The notes beneath the pieces were generated by a model. That model saw only the letters and a list, made by a program, of their open reading frames with translations. It ran no database searches and was not told the origin of the DNA. The translations under genes and the position numbers were made by a program. Below are positions 26,536 through 39,183 of a stretch of 64,000 bases of DNA, one piece after another. Numbering within the stretch: position 1 is the stretch's first letter; every line of letters begins with the position of its first letter. Origin of the DNA: Lytechinus pictus (Eukaryota); the NCBI RefSeq assembly GCF_037042905.1, contig NC_087251.1:37512001-37576000 (forward strand), given 5' to 3'.

Positions 26536-26680
26536 ATATTGACTGGCTCTTCTTTCGGGGGAAACATCAAATATATTGCCCTTGAAAGAACCCTATTGTC
26601 CTTGTCTAATAAGACTCAGGAAATAATTATTCTGTTTCGGGCAACATATTTGATGTTCCCCCTCAAGGCCAGTCAATATA
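26536..26680. repeat. Short palindromic element
   Basis: ATATTGACTGGC...GGGGGAAACATCAAATAT.TTGCCC pairs with GGGCAACATATTTGATGTTCCCCC...GCCAGTCAATAT. Confidence 0.65.
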
Positions 26681-26887
26681 TAAATATGTGCAATTAAAGA
26701 AATGACAATGATCATGTAATTCATTTAATGTGTAAATGTCATGAAGGTGAATATCAACATTACCGACACACACTTGAGTCCGGTCTCACCATATGGCAAG
26801 AGTAGTAAGGGAAGACATGTATCCTGCATGTACTAATTTACTGCATTATACTTGTAGATGTTGTTTTCTTCAGGTGTACATGTTAAT

Positions 26888-27295
26888 CAGACCTGCCAAC
26901 CAGTACGTTTTTGGCGTATTTAGTACGTTTTTGCAACCAAATAGGGCAGTACGTTTTTTCTTTTAAAAAATAAGTTTGTAAACGAAAAAAAAAAAAATTG
27001 TCTCTATATGTCTCTATTTCATAAAACTTACACAAATATGGTTATTAGATCAATGTTATTTCAGGTAACTTGTTTTTTTTCAATCAATTTGTTAAAACCT
27101 GGGTGAGATATACACATGTTTAAATGTTTTTTTTTCATCTGCAAGAGCAGTGCGCATTTTAGCTTGCATGCAGCTTGAGCGCCGTGATGAGCATGTGCGC
27201 CACGCATTTTATTATGAAATACACTCTTTTGGGGAAAAATACACTTTTTTTTATCACAGAATACAATTTTTCATTCCCAGAGGTTGGCAGTTCTG
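26888..27295. mobile_element. 408-bp MITE with 6-bp TSD
   Basis: TIR CAGACCTGCCAAC/GTTGGCAGTTCTG; left TSD GTTAAT (26882-26887); the right TSD is split by the TTAA insertion at 27301. Confidence 0.8.
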
Positions 27296-27300
27296 GTTAA

Positions 27301-27903
27301 AGGACAAGTCCACCCCAACAAAAAATTGATTTGAATAAAAAGAGAAAAATTGAACAAGCATAACACTGAAAATTTCATCAAAATCGGATGTAAAATAAGA
27401 AAGTTATGACATTTTAAATTTTCGCTTCATTTCACAAAACAGTTATATGCACATCTCGGTCGGTATGCAAATGAGGGAGCTGATGACATCACTCACTCAC
27501 TATTTCTTTTGTATTCTATTATATGAAATATGAAATATTTTGATTTTCTCGTCATTGTCATGTGAAATGAAGTTTCATTCCTCCCTGAACACGTGGAATT
27601 CCATTATTTTAACATTTTGTGCTTCAGGCAAGGAGGTCCTAATCGTAAAATTCGTAAAAATTGAAATATTGTATAATTCAAACAATAAAAAACAAAAGAA
27701 ATAGTGAGTGAGTGACATCATCGACTCTCTCATTTAGATGTAACTGGCTCGTTCATATAACTATTTTGTTGAAAATAAGCGAAACTTTGAAATGTCATAA
27801 CTTTCTTATTTAACATCCGATTTTGATGAAATTTTCAGCATTGTGCTTGTCTGATTTTTCTCTATTGATTCAAATCAACATTTTTCTGAGGTGGACTTGA
27901 CCT
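27301..27903. mobile_element. 603-bp Kolobok/T2-type MITE
   Basis: TTAA|AGGACAAGTCCACC ... GGTGGACTTGACCT|TTAA; long imperfect TIRs. Confidence 0.9.
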
Positions 27904-29261
27904 TTAATAATACTTGTAGATGTAGATTTCTATAGGCCGATATGTTGCACATATAGATGTAGATTTCTATCTGAATTTTTGGGATGTAATTTCTTCATCA
28001 CAGTCTCTCAACAGTGTATTACAAGTAAGATCCTCAGAAAATAGTGAGGTGTTTTTTTTTGGTAATTTTGATTTCAGTGTCAAATTAAGGTCAGAGGCAA
28101 GTGCCAACTTTGATTTATTTCCCTCTCGAATCCCACGGTTTCTGCACTGGTGCTATCTTTAACGCCATAACCTCACTTCAAAATTACTATCACATTGTCC
28201 GCAGGGTGTTTATAATTGAAAACATCCATGGTAGTGCTTAATGCACCCCCCTTTTCCTGCCGATTACTTGATGCATTCACACTGCTTCAGTGTGCATACT
28301 GAAAGAGCTCCTGTTTGATTTATTATAAGAGAGATGCCTGGGTTGTGTTGGGCCATTATTGGGCAGTGATTGATATTACACACAGAAATTTCTACACGTT
28401 TATTTGATGGTGGACAATCCGACTGCGATCAAAATTTAACTTGTCTGCTGGGTTTTATGTACATGTACCTTTCTGAAGGGTATTATTGTTAAAATTATTT
28501 TGTCAATCGTATTCAGAAACATACATATAGTGTGGAGTAGTTAGGGTTAGTAGCATGAGGGGGGGGGTACATGTAGAAGACTTCATTGCTTATAGTACAT
28601 TTTCTTGTTATCAACATTTTACTAAATAATCATAGAAATGGCCAATATATCCATATCAGATAAAATTAAATATTTGATCAAGCATGAAAGTTCAAATTTA
28701 TGAGAATCGGGTGTGAAACAAAAATTTGTTTGATTGGTTAAAATAAGTATGATAGATTATCATTTTCTTTTCATATGTCAGGTTATTATACGTATGTTAT
28801 TCAGTTGCTCTTAACATCACTTTGAATGTGATTTGTAATTGGTGAAACAATTTGTGAAAATTGATTTTAAAGGTTACTGTTTTTTTTTAATGATTGGGAT
28901 TAACTATAACCCTACAATGTGTTTGTGTTTGTTAATGGTCACGGAAGACAATGTCTAGACTAGTCAGCCAAACTAAAAAAAAATATAACCCTCAGTCAAA
29001 ATTGTTTTCAAAGAATATTCTGGTTGGTTTTCTTACAAATTTTCTGGGTCAGATTGAGTTCACAAAGATGTACTGCTCTGCTTAAGAAAGCATGATCAAC
29101 TCAATTTTCCTGTTGATAAAAGCATGCCTGATTACCCTATCACTTTGTGACATTTACTTCTTTTTATGGCAGGTCAAAGGTCAAGTGCATATCCAGCTGC
29201 TTTATGATGTAGATAAATGCATTTCATAATTATCGAATGGAATTGGGAAGATATATTTTAA

Positions 29262-29864
29262 AGGTCAAGTCCACCTCAGAAAAATGTTGATTTGAATCAA
29301 TAGAGAAAAATCAGACAAGCACAATGCTGAAAATTTCATCAAAATCGGATGTTAAATAAGAAAGTTATGACATTTCAAAGTTTCGCTTATTTTCAACAAA
29401 ATAGTTATATGAACGAGCCAGTTACATCTAAATGAGAGAGTCGATGATGTCACTCACTCACTATTTCTTTTGTTTTTTATTGTTTGAATTATACAATATT
29501 TCAATTTTTACGAATTTTACGATTAGGACCTCCTTGCCTGAAGCACAAAATGTTAAAATAATGGAATTCCACGTGTTCAGGGAGGAATGAAACTTCATTT
29601 CACATGACAATGACGAGAAAATCAAAATATTTCATATTTCATATAATAGAATACAAAAGAAATAGTGAGTGAGTGATGTCATCAGCTCCCTCATTTGCAT
29701 ACCGACCGAGATGTGCATATAACTGTTTTGTGAAATGAAGCGAAAATTTAAAATGTCATAACTTTCTTATTTTACATCCGATTTTGATGAAATTTTCAGT
29801 GTTATGCTTGTTCAATTTTTCTCTTTTTATTCAAATCAATTTTTTGTTGGGGTGGACTTGTCCT
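29262..29864. mobile_element. 603-bp Kolobok/T2-type MITE, inverted twin of 27301-27903
   Basis: TTAA|AGGTCAAGTCCACC ... GGTGGACTTGTCCT|TTAA; reverse complement of 27301-27903 in every segment compared. Confidence 0.9.
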
Positions 29865-30206
29865 TTAAGTAATCAGTTATTATCATTTAATGAAAAAATT
29901 CTTCATATGGGCTTGAAATTTTCCCAAATGAGAGCTCTTTTCTGAAGAATTCAAAGTGAATGATAGCCTTTCAAAATGCCTCCATGGATATAATTTGTTT
30001 TTAACCAGTACCAATCAATTAACAAAAACTGTTGATAAATACATGATGGTACTATACAGTATTATGATTATGACTTAGCAAGGCTGAAGTTTTCTGTCTA
30101 AAGTGCATTGTTCTGTCATTAATAATGACCTTTGTACTTTCGAAAGGATGTTTGTGTGATTAGCACATGACAAATGAAATGGAAATGACAAATGAAATGG
30201 ATACAT

Positions 30207-30612
30207 CAGGGTTCCCAGCCCATCAGGGAATTCAGGGAAAATTATTCAACTTTTTTTCAGTCATGGAAATTCAGGGAATTTGATAAAAAAATACCTAAAA
30301 TCAGGGGAAAATGCTTCAAATGAGGGAAAAATCAGGGAATTTTGATCGGCCCAAGAGTCGAAAACACTTTCATCAGTCAGACTCTGTTATATTTTTCTTG
30401 CATATCAAAACAACATCCATTGAATGACTGGTTATGGTGGTACTGATTAGTTTTACATTTTTGTTTTTATACTGAAAATACATGTAATTCACTGCAACAA
30501 CTTAAGAAAACATGCGAAACTGGGAATGGGTTTAAATAATTATCAGGGAATTTTTTAACTTTATCAGGAAAAAATCGGGGAATTTTGTTTTCTTGAAAAG
30601 CTGGGAACCCTG
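30207..30612. mobile_element. 406-bp MITE with 6-bp TSD
   Basis: 13-bp TIR CAGGGTTCCCAGC/GCTGGGAACCCTG; TSD ATACAT (30201-30206, 30613-30618); repeated TCAGGGAA subterminal motif. Confidence 0.85.
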
Positions 30613-33600
30613 ATACATTGTATACATACATGTATGATAATGATATTGATGATATTGATATAATCTATTGATGGTTTGATTATTGTCTTTGAATTGAATT
30701 TTATTTACTGCCAGAGATTTAATCTCATGTGTTGCTCTGTTTATTTTTTGCTTTGTTTTTGTCCCTTTACATTTTTAGTTGAAATAAATGATTAAACAGT
30801 AGTATAGCTTGCAGATAATGTTGGAAAAAATATAAGACTTGGAACATAATAAGAGATTGGGTCACTGAGTGGCCAACATATTTATGTTTGTTGAATATGA
30901 GTTATGAGTATTAGAATTTGCCTTTTTAATCGCAGTATGCATGTTTTTTGTTTTTTGTTTTGTTATTAATGATTTTTGTTTATTCATAGAGTCAATATTT
31001 GATTACAAATAAGTTTGACCTTTTTGCAATGAGAAATATTCCAGACACAGTCAAATCAAGTATTGGAATAAATAATGACATCTAAGACTTTTCAAGAAAT
31101 GTGATCTAATCTTGTTTATCCTTGTAACATTCACAAGATTATGATTAGTGCAGGCACACAAGCCGAGCTGCGTAATTATCATCCATCTAGAATTTGTGTT
31201 TCTCTCCTGCTGGATGTATCATTATGGCTGTGATAGGATGGGATGATAACAATGCAATCAATATTGAACCTGAGTTATTCAATCAATCATGCCGCTCATA
31301 CATGAATCATACATGGCAGTGTCAATATAGCTGCATATCTAGCCTATTATTCCAGACACCGCAGTCTCATTTTATGTTGAACATATAAAGACTAGATCTA
31401 GATCTAGATAATGTAATGTAGATAATTTGTGTAACCATGGACCTACATGTAGTAGTAGGTCCATGGTGTTACTGTATAACAGTTGCCATGTTCTTCATGG
31501 GGTGGGGGCATTTTTTAAATTAACTGAATATAAGAGACGAAGGTGTTGGACTCTGGTTAAACTTTCGATTTTTTTTCATTTATAAACTATTCTTTGTAAA
31601 AAAATGTGTTTGTATAGGAACAGAGCTTAGTTACAATATAAGTTGCTTGGTTCTTACTGTCTTTCATTTTTTTTCATTATTCATTTAGTTATATATTTTG
31701 TAATACAGTTGTATTTCGGTAAAGCTTGATGTCTTGCAAGAATTTTTCATAAAATTAAGACAATTCGAGACCCTTTTTAATCAGTTTCATACCATTATTT
31801 CATTTCTCAAACAACCACTACACTCAAAACCTTTATATGTATGTGTATGTTGTTTGTGCATTTCATGTGCAAAACGTAGTTGGGTACATCACTGCATAGG
31901 TATGCATAGACCCCTCCTGTTCCACAGTATCGTCTGTCTGTGAATCCGCAAGCCACACTCGAACAACGTCAAGCACAAGATGCATGAGGCATTAGTAATG
32001 TTGTAGTGTTGGACATGCTTCTATGCTTAGGCCATTGGACCGGTGCTGGAAACCGTTGAGCAGGTTGACCTATCAGGTACATTTATGGCTGGTAAAGGTT
32101 CGCTCGTTCAGCGTTCACTACAGTGGCTAAGGCAGGGGAAAGGCTGCATGTTACCTGAGCATTGTAATTACTTTTAAAGGGAGAGAACACCTCTAAATTG
32201 AAAACTCTTCTACCTTTTTGTGATAGAGTACATACAGTAGTCATGCCATTGATACAACTTGGAAGGGATCCTTTACTTGAAAGAATTTAAATCAGGAATG
32301 TACAATTTGTTCCATTGTTATATTTGTAACATTCTTTTAATTATTTCTCAAAATGAATAACCCTTTACTTTTTATGGTACACAAGATTGTGGCCTACAGG
32401 CTACATGTGCCTGCATGAAAGTGTCGTTTTCACTATTCATGTAAATGTACTGTTTGTTCAAAAATGCAATTTGAATACATTGAGAATTAAAACCTCAATC
32501 TTTCAGCTTTCTTTACACACGTAATATACTTGATTAATAGTATAGGAATGTCTTTATCTCGTTTGAAATCTGAGTAAGATCCAGAGTTTGAATACAAATT
32601 ATACACTTAGGCCTACATGTATACAACATAGGAGTGATAATTACTAGGCCCTTATAATTACCATTGTTTTTATTACTTAAGTATTTGGAATGCAATATGC
32701 ATGAATGATATAAAACTGAACATAATGTTGTTGAAATTAATGATTGATATTCTTTATTGTTTATTTATATGGACAAAAATTTTAATATACCAATTGTTTG
32801 TGTTGATATTTTTCCTCTCTATTTCATGCCCTTTACCTCACGTTTTTCTCCTGTCTTGTCTCTTTATGTCAGGTTATATTCACACCCCCGCACATTGAGC
32901 CAAAAAAAAAATGCCCTCTGACAAAGTTCTTCTCGGCCTCTGACATTTTCTAACAAATCCATATTTCGCTGTCCTCAGAACTCAATATAACCAAAATGAA
33001 GCGCCTGATGAGTGTGTCTCAGGGGAAAAAAATTAGAAAAACAAAACCACCATGTTCTGCAAGGGCTTTTTTTTCCTTTTGATCAATAATTGACAGGTCA
33101 TTTGAATGCAATCTGTATCTTGGATTGTGTATGTTGTCATCTGTGCTGCCTGTGCACCTTTATAGGGATATATTTGTTAGGGGTTTTTTGCTGTAAAATA
33201 GTCTGAAAAAATAGGTGTGATTAAACCACATTAGATTGAAGGCAATATGTGTAGTTGAGATCAATTGTAGTGCAAGGGGTCAAACATCCATGGTTAGTTC
33301 ACAATTAAAAAAAAAAGAAGAAGAATGTAATAGTTTATTTCTAGGTCTGTAAACAACAACTGTTGTTTCATATTATGATTCTGTAAGATTCAGATCATCA
33401 TACATCCAAATGTGTATCTTTTTTTTAATATATTTATTTTATTTATTTATTCATTAATTCATTCATTTATTTTAGTTATTTATTTTTTAAGGGGGGGGGG
33501 GCATAATTTTGGTCTTTTGTAGACCTGTATCTTTTTTGTAGAATATTTTAATCCTTTGAATCCATTCAGTGACCCTTATATCTTGAAGGCATTCAGCTGG

Positions 33601-34002
33601 CATGTAGAGTTAAAAGTGTGCCTTACTTTGTACGACCCGTGCTGTTTAGTTGTGTTTCTTTGGTCAAGGTAAAATGAATATAAAGAAAGCAAGAAAGTGA
33701 TCCATTTGTGCCACGAGCACTTGAACTATATTAGATCAGACCAAGCAGAGATTATTTCTGTTCGCTGCAAGACTTTATTGAGTTCATAAAGAAATATGCT
33801 CGTGACCTTTCGCTCACTCCAGATTTGTGTAATGTGATTGATTCTTTTTTCTCTTTTGAATATATATTATTGTTTGTTCTTTATGAGAGTTCATTCTGAT
33901 TTCAATGTCTACAAATCATGTCATCAGACTGCTAATCCCTGGATTGGGTCTCAATATTTGTTGCATTAATTGTATTATCTTGTTTTGTTTTGTTCTTTGC
34001 AG

Positions 34003-34056
34003 GTTGCAATCAAGATCATAGATAAAACACAACTGAATCCAAGTAGTTTACAAAAG
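34003..34056 (+). CDS. MARK: PAR-1/MARK kinase, coding exon 3 (VAIKIIDKTQLNPSSLQK, catalytic Lys)
   Basis: Polypyrimidine tract and TGCAG| acceptor, AAG|GTGAGT donor, 54 nt, phase 0/0. Confidence 0.97.
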
Positions 34057-35254
34057 GTGAGTGTGTTTGATTATTTTGAATTATCGTAAAAACAGGTTGG
34101 AGGAAGAGGGATGGTTGATAAATTCTTGACCTTAATAAGATTTTATTCTTACATGTTAGATCCAAGATAGATGCATATTTGCTCAGATCGTGATGGATTT
34201 ATATAGGGGGATTGTGTATAGGCCTACTTGTTGGATGTTTAGCAATAGTTATTAAAACTGGGGTAAAGAAAAAGCATGGAAAAAAAATGCAGACAAGCTG
34301 TGTAAATTCGATCACTGCAATAATGAACAGTTTATTGCATGATTTAGGATGTCAGAAGATACAAATGTCAAGTGAGTATGCGGATTAAAGTGTGGGTGAG
34401 ACCGCCCTCTAGAATCTTAGCAGCTTTCCTTCATTTTCTATATTCAGCTCAATATCTATTCAAATCCAATGTTATAAACAGAATTAGTGTACCAGTAGGT
34501 GGAAATATTCAAGTTGAAGAAATTATTCAAGCCTAGTTTTATGTATTTTTTCGTCTCTACTGGCAGTTCTGAGGCAGATTGCTGACATTCAAGAAATTAT
34601 GTATTCTATCACAACAGAGGGTGTTGGACCTTTATTGTGTTTTTCCCCCCAGAAATGTAGGAAATCTTTAAGCACAAAACTTGTTTATGTTCCACTTTGA
34701 AAATATTGAGGTGGGAGGGTTAAAACAGTTTACTGACATACAAAGAAGGACCTTAGGATGAAGACATGAAAATGAAATACATCTTGAATGAGATGCTTTG
34801 TCTCTTGGTATTTGCCCAAAAGTTACCCAAACATTTAAGGAAACAGAAAGTAAGATGTAGTTGGGGAATATATCTTTTGCTATAAATAATCCCATTCTGC
34901 CTTTGCAACAAAAAATATAGAACAAAACATTACTCATTTAACAACAATGTGATGTGATTATAAAGACTAAAATATGACTATATAAAGACTTGAAAAATTA
35001 ACATCTTTAAAAGTGATAAGACATTTACAATGAACATACATAATATATAATGATGAAAAAAAGTACAATCAATATAAAGGACAGGTGATACTGACACTGA
35101 TTCATTATGTCTCGCCTTAGAATACAGCTATGAATATAGAAAATGTTTTCTTCATGTCATTACATCCAAGTCAGAATACGAAATTCTACAAATGATATTT
35201 TATCATGTAGTAATTGTGTGTATTTGAATTTTGTCAGACATTTATCAATCAGAT

Positions 35255-35391
35255 ATGATTATTTACGTCTGGGACCGACCTTTAACGTCACCATCCGAAA
35301 GACGTGACCAGGGCTCGAACCTCGAACCTCTGCATCAATTTGTAACTTCCCCACATAGCTTGGATTACAGGCGCACGCCACAACGCCCAGA
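35255..35391 (-). mobile_element. SINE-like element with a 7SL (SRP RNA) Alu-domain head, B box and Deu-like core
   Basis: Minus strand reads CTGGGCGTTGTGGCGTGCGCCTGTAATCCAAGCTATGTGGGGA...GGTTCGAGCCC...CGTCTTTCGGATGGTGACGTTAAAGGTCGGTCCC. Single copy in the window, no clear TSD, 3' end uncertain. Confidence 0.6.
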
Positions 35392-37152
35392 TGAAATTTA
35401 ATATTTTAAAATAGGTGTTTAATAAGTTATCTAATGAACATCACGTCTTAACGATGACATTGAAATCAATCTACACCATGCAACACTTCGTAGTCATAAC
35501 ATGTACCTTCATTTCTGTTGGTAATTGAAATATTCTGAATTTCATCGGCAAATATGTGACTCTACGTCTAACCTTTTCCAGCATGATATTGTGACACATG
35601 GGAGTATCATCTTTGAAATTGATGAAAATTACCAGGGTTGTAAAGCTTGAGTCATTCCCAAACAGTCCGGTTAAAGCAGTGAATGTTTTCAGTCCCACAT
35701 GAATAATATGACGTCAGTACAGACCTGGCTTTTTATGCTTGCTCTTGCCTGTCGGAGCACACCCCTCATTGTCATTGTTTGATGTGACTGTCGCTCATGC
35801 AGTGAAAGTGGGATCACCATAGTTCAAGGGAGCATTTCATCAAACAAATAGTCCATAATGTTGTTATAAGCTACTGAAATCCTTGCATCTGATTGGCTCA
35901 GAACAAAATTGACAGTGAAAATAATTGACTGTGTTTAATTGATCCCCCCGTAGTAGAGGGCGAAGTGGTGTTGTACATGCACCTCTAATAGGATTCATTT
36001 GTATTAAGTCATCTGTCAAAGAAAATAGGTTAATGTATGTCACTTACGTTAATTTTTACTTGTGAAAGTCGCTTGAAGTGGGTCAGATGTCCAACCATGC
36101 CTTTTCTGTCACTCAATAACAGGATGTGGTCTTCCTTGAACAGTTCCTTACCTGAAGTTCTGAACTCTTAATTTTTATGTCAGACAGTTGTAGTAACACA
36201 GTGCTTGCGTGTTAGATGATACTACCTGTCTACTTGATACCCCAATCATATTAGATTTACCACTCATTGTCTGATAAGACAGTAAAAATGCCAATGCCAT
36301 GTGCGAACACGAAATTTGTGATTGGTTCATAGTGTCTGGGAATAAGGCAGACCCCTATTAAAGTTATAGACAAGAATTTGTATTTGATATTTGAAAAGAA
36401 ATAACTTTAGAATTCAATATTTTTTTGGTTTGATACAAATAGCATTCCCTGTACTATTATTTCTTTTGACGTCTAGGATGTTATTCTGTCTGTGCCCCAT
36501 AGTGTCGAGCTGTGACATTTATATTCTTGAACTATTTCTCTTAAATGCATTGTTTCATCTATGTCTTTGGTCACATCCTAGGATATCGAGGAATGAAAAT
36601 GGACGCGATTTACACTCTATCTTGTCTCGTTCCCCCTTCATTTATTGCTCTTCTACTTCATTTCCCTTCTCCCATCAAGAAATGACCGCACTGCCAGCTG
36701 TTTCTACATTTCACCACTCTTAACCCATCTATTTCTGGAATGACAAAATTTTGTACTACATGTATAAATAAGCGAGGTCCCTGTTCTTGCTTTGATATAG
36801 CCACATTCTACAGGAGGCAGTCCTGTGTTTTTGTAACCCATTTCAGTCGCAAGTTTGTTGTCACGTTTGACATTGTATGGTGAACACTTTGAATGGCCAG
36901 CCTGCTTTAATTTTTTTTTTTGAAGGATTCCTATTTGCATTTGCCATGGAGGACATGAGACCTTTGTTGCTCGTAAGAGCAAGTCAAAACAAGGTTTGTT
37001 GATCATTTACATTGTAAGTGAATACAAACAATATCTGCAGGAAACAGATTCATATTTAAACATATTGAATTAGAATTTGTATTTGAAAAATGAACTGTAC
37101 AGTATGCCAATGTATAGATAGGCCTATGTGGATCCGGAAGGTACATTAGGAT

Positions 37153-37345
37153 ATTGAATTGAATTGAATTGAATTTATTTTCATACTTCACAAGATAGCA
37201 AAATAATAACATAATACAATTGAGAAATACATTTGATTACATACAAAATACAAAATATAACATGTATAACGGCAGTAAATAAAGTGAAATATGAAGGAAC
37301 CTGCATAAAAAGCAGAGCTTGTAATGTCTGCAGGTTCCTTAAAGT
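37153..37345 (-). mobile_element. 3' end of a CR1/L2-type LINE
   Basis: Minus strand: 12-bp stem AAGGAACCTGCA/TGCAGGTTCCTT (37294-37305, 37329-37340), then AATAAA and an (ATTCA)n tail. Confidence 0.6.
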
Positions 37346-39183
37346 AATTATGAAATTAGTAATCAAGGAGATCGGACACAAACAAAAAATCAGACTACAA
37401 AGGAAAAGCCAAAGATTAGCGGAAAATCGCGGGGTAAAGAATGAGAGGAAAAGTGGACAAATGTGAATAGAAGGGGGGATGAGCGAAGAATGAAAAAATT
37501 CAAACTAGGCAGTATACCTTTAAAAAGGTACAAATCAAATACATTATATATATTCAGCCAGTGCGTCTTAATTGCAATTATTTCAGTGGTATATTGCTCT
37601 TCTGTAGTCCTTATGTGTTGAGCTTTTTCCGATAAATTAGAATACAAATAGTGATTTTATAATGATCTATGATTTCATGAAAAAAATATGAGAATATTCA
37701 CATATTCTGTTGAAATAACCAAGCTATATGCAAAGCCTACGCTGAAGTCTACAGTATATCCCCACCTATATTATAAAGAAAAGAAGAACTTGTAAATCAT
37801 ATGCGAAAGTACAAGCTATGTTTAACAGTTTGTTGATGATGTCAACAAACAAACAAAAATAATGACTATGAGGGATATCCTGAAATACTAGGCTCTACAG
37901 ATATTGATGTTTATGATTCATTACTGTGGGGGTGTTTCGGAGGTGGATATGCAACGATTATCATGATTGATACATTGTACATGTACTCGTCTTATAGTAC
38001 TCAACCATTGACATTTTGATAGCATACAATGCACATGCATCGGGGCTGAGTCATTTAAGTTGTAGGGGGTTTTCCGAATTCTTCAGCAGTGCATTGAGAA
38101 ATAAGTTTCTGTCTATCAAAGGAAAGCCTTCACCAACATTTTAAAAATTTGCATTTCACATGGGCTGTGAACTGCCCTATTGATATATTTACATATATTT
38201 CATTGAAAGTAGTTATATTTGACTGTTAGTGTTAATTACCTTTTTTTTTACATATATGAAAAATCACTTTTTCAAATGCGAAAGGTTCATGTAGCCTATA
38301 TGTTTGTATTGGTACAGGTGATGCAAGACATTGAACCATATGGACCCATGAATACATGCCAAACTGTGTACACACATGTACTATATACGAGCACCAGGGT
38401 TTGAACGTTACATGTAGCAGTCGGCATGGAGGAGGCATGTTTATGCATGCCTCGTAGTCATGTGTTGAAGTACAAATGACATTTGCCCAAAATTGTATGT
38501 GCTTTCATGTGAACTGTGCCCTCTGCAAATTTGCAGAGGGTCGCCTGAAATTTGTTTTTGATCGGCAATTCCGGCATCCCTCCTTATTTGTGGACATCCC
38601 ACACAAGGACAGGAGGGAAGAAGAGTGCCCGTCTGAGAGACATGCATAATTTGGCGGTGGATGCCATAACATTAGATGTGTTGCTGCGAATGGAGGAGCC
38701 AAGCATACCGTGGCCGGATGATGGTTTTCTGCAGGAATTCAAGAAAGGAATGTGGTTATAAATAATATTTCTCATGCAAGGAAGGGGGGTAAATAATATT
38801 CAGGATTCCATTTGCCTTACAAGGAGAAGCAAATGGTTTTTTTTTTAAATATGAATGGACTAGTCTTCATGTATATTTTAGATTTAATAGAATGGTAATC
38901 AATTCTTTTGAAAGAATTGTTTCTCTTTTTAATCTACATGTAAACTTGTAAAGCATGTCTACAATTATAACTTTGGTCACATTTATAGTCAAATTCTTAG
39001 GCCCCCGTAATGCTCAAAAGAGCCCAGAAATCCCCATTCATTACTTGAAACTTATCAAATTTTTAAGATTTAGGCTGTAGGTTTGGGAAAAGTAGCCCCT
39101 TTAAAACAATAATTTTTTGCCTGAAACACATAGCATAGTTATATTGGCTTCGCATTCAATCGCACGGTTCCCCCTCTTTTTAA

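Noticed and set aside
35255..35391. Functional 7SL gene or human Alu contamination
   Set aside because: Only about 45 nt are 7SL-like; there is no S domain, no Alu continuation or poly(A), and the flanks are continuous host-like intron.
38440..38775. GC-richer patch with overlapping ORFs as a nested gene or extra exon
   Set aside because: No convincing splice-site pair and no recognisable protein; an extra exon here would break the kinase N-lobe. It could still be regulatory.
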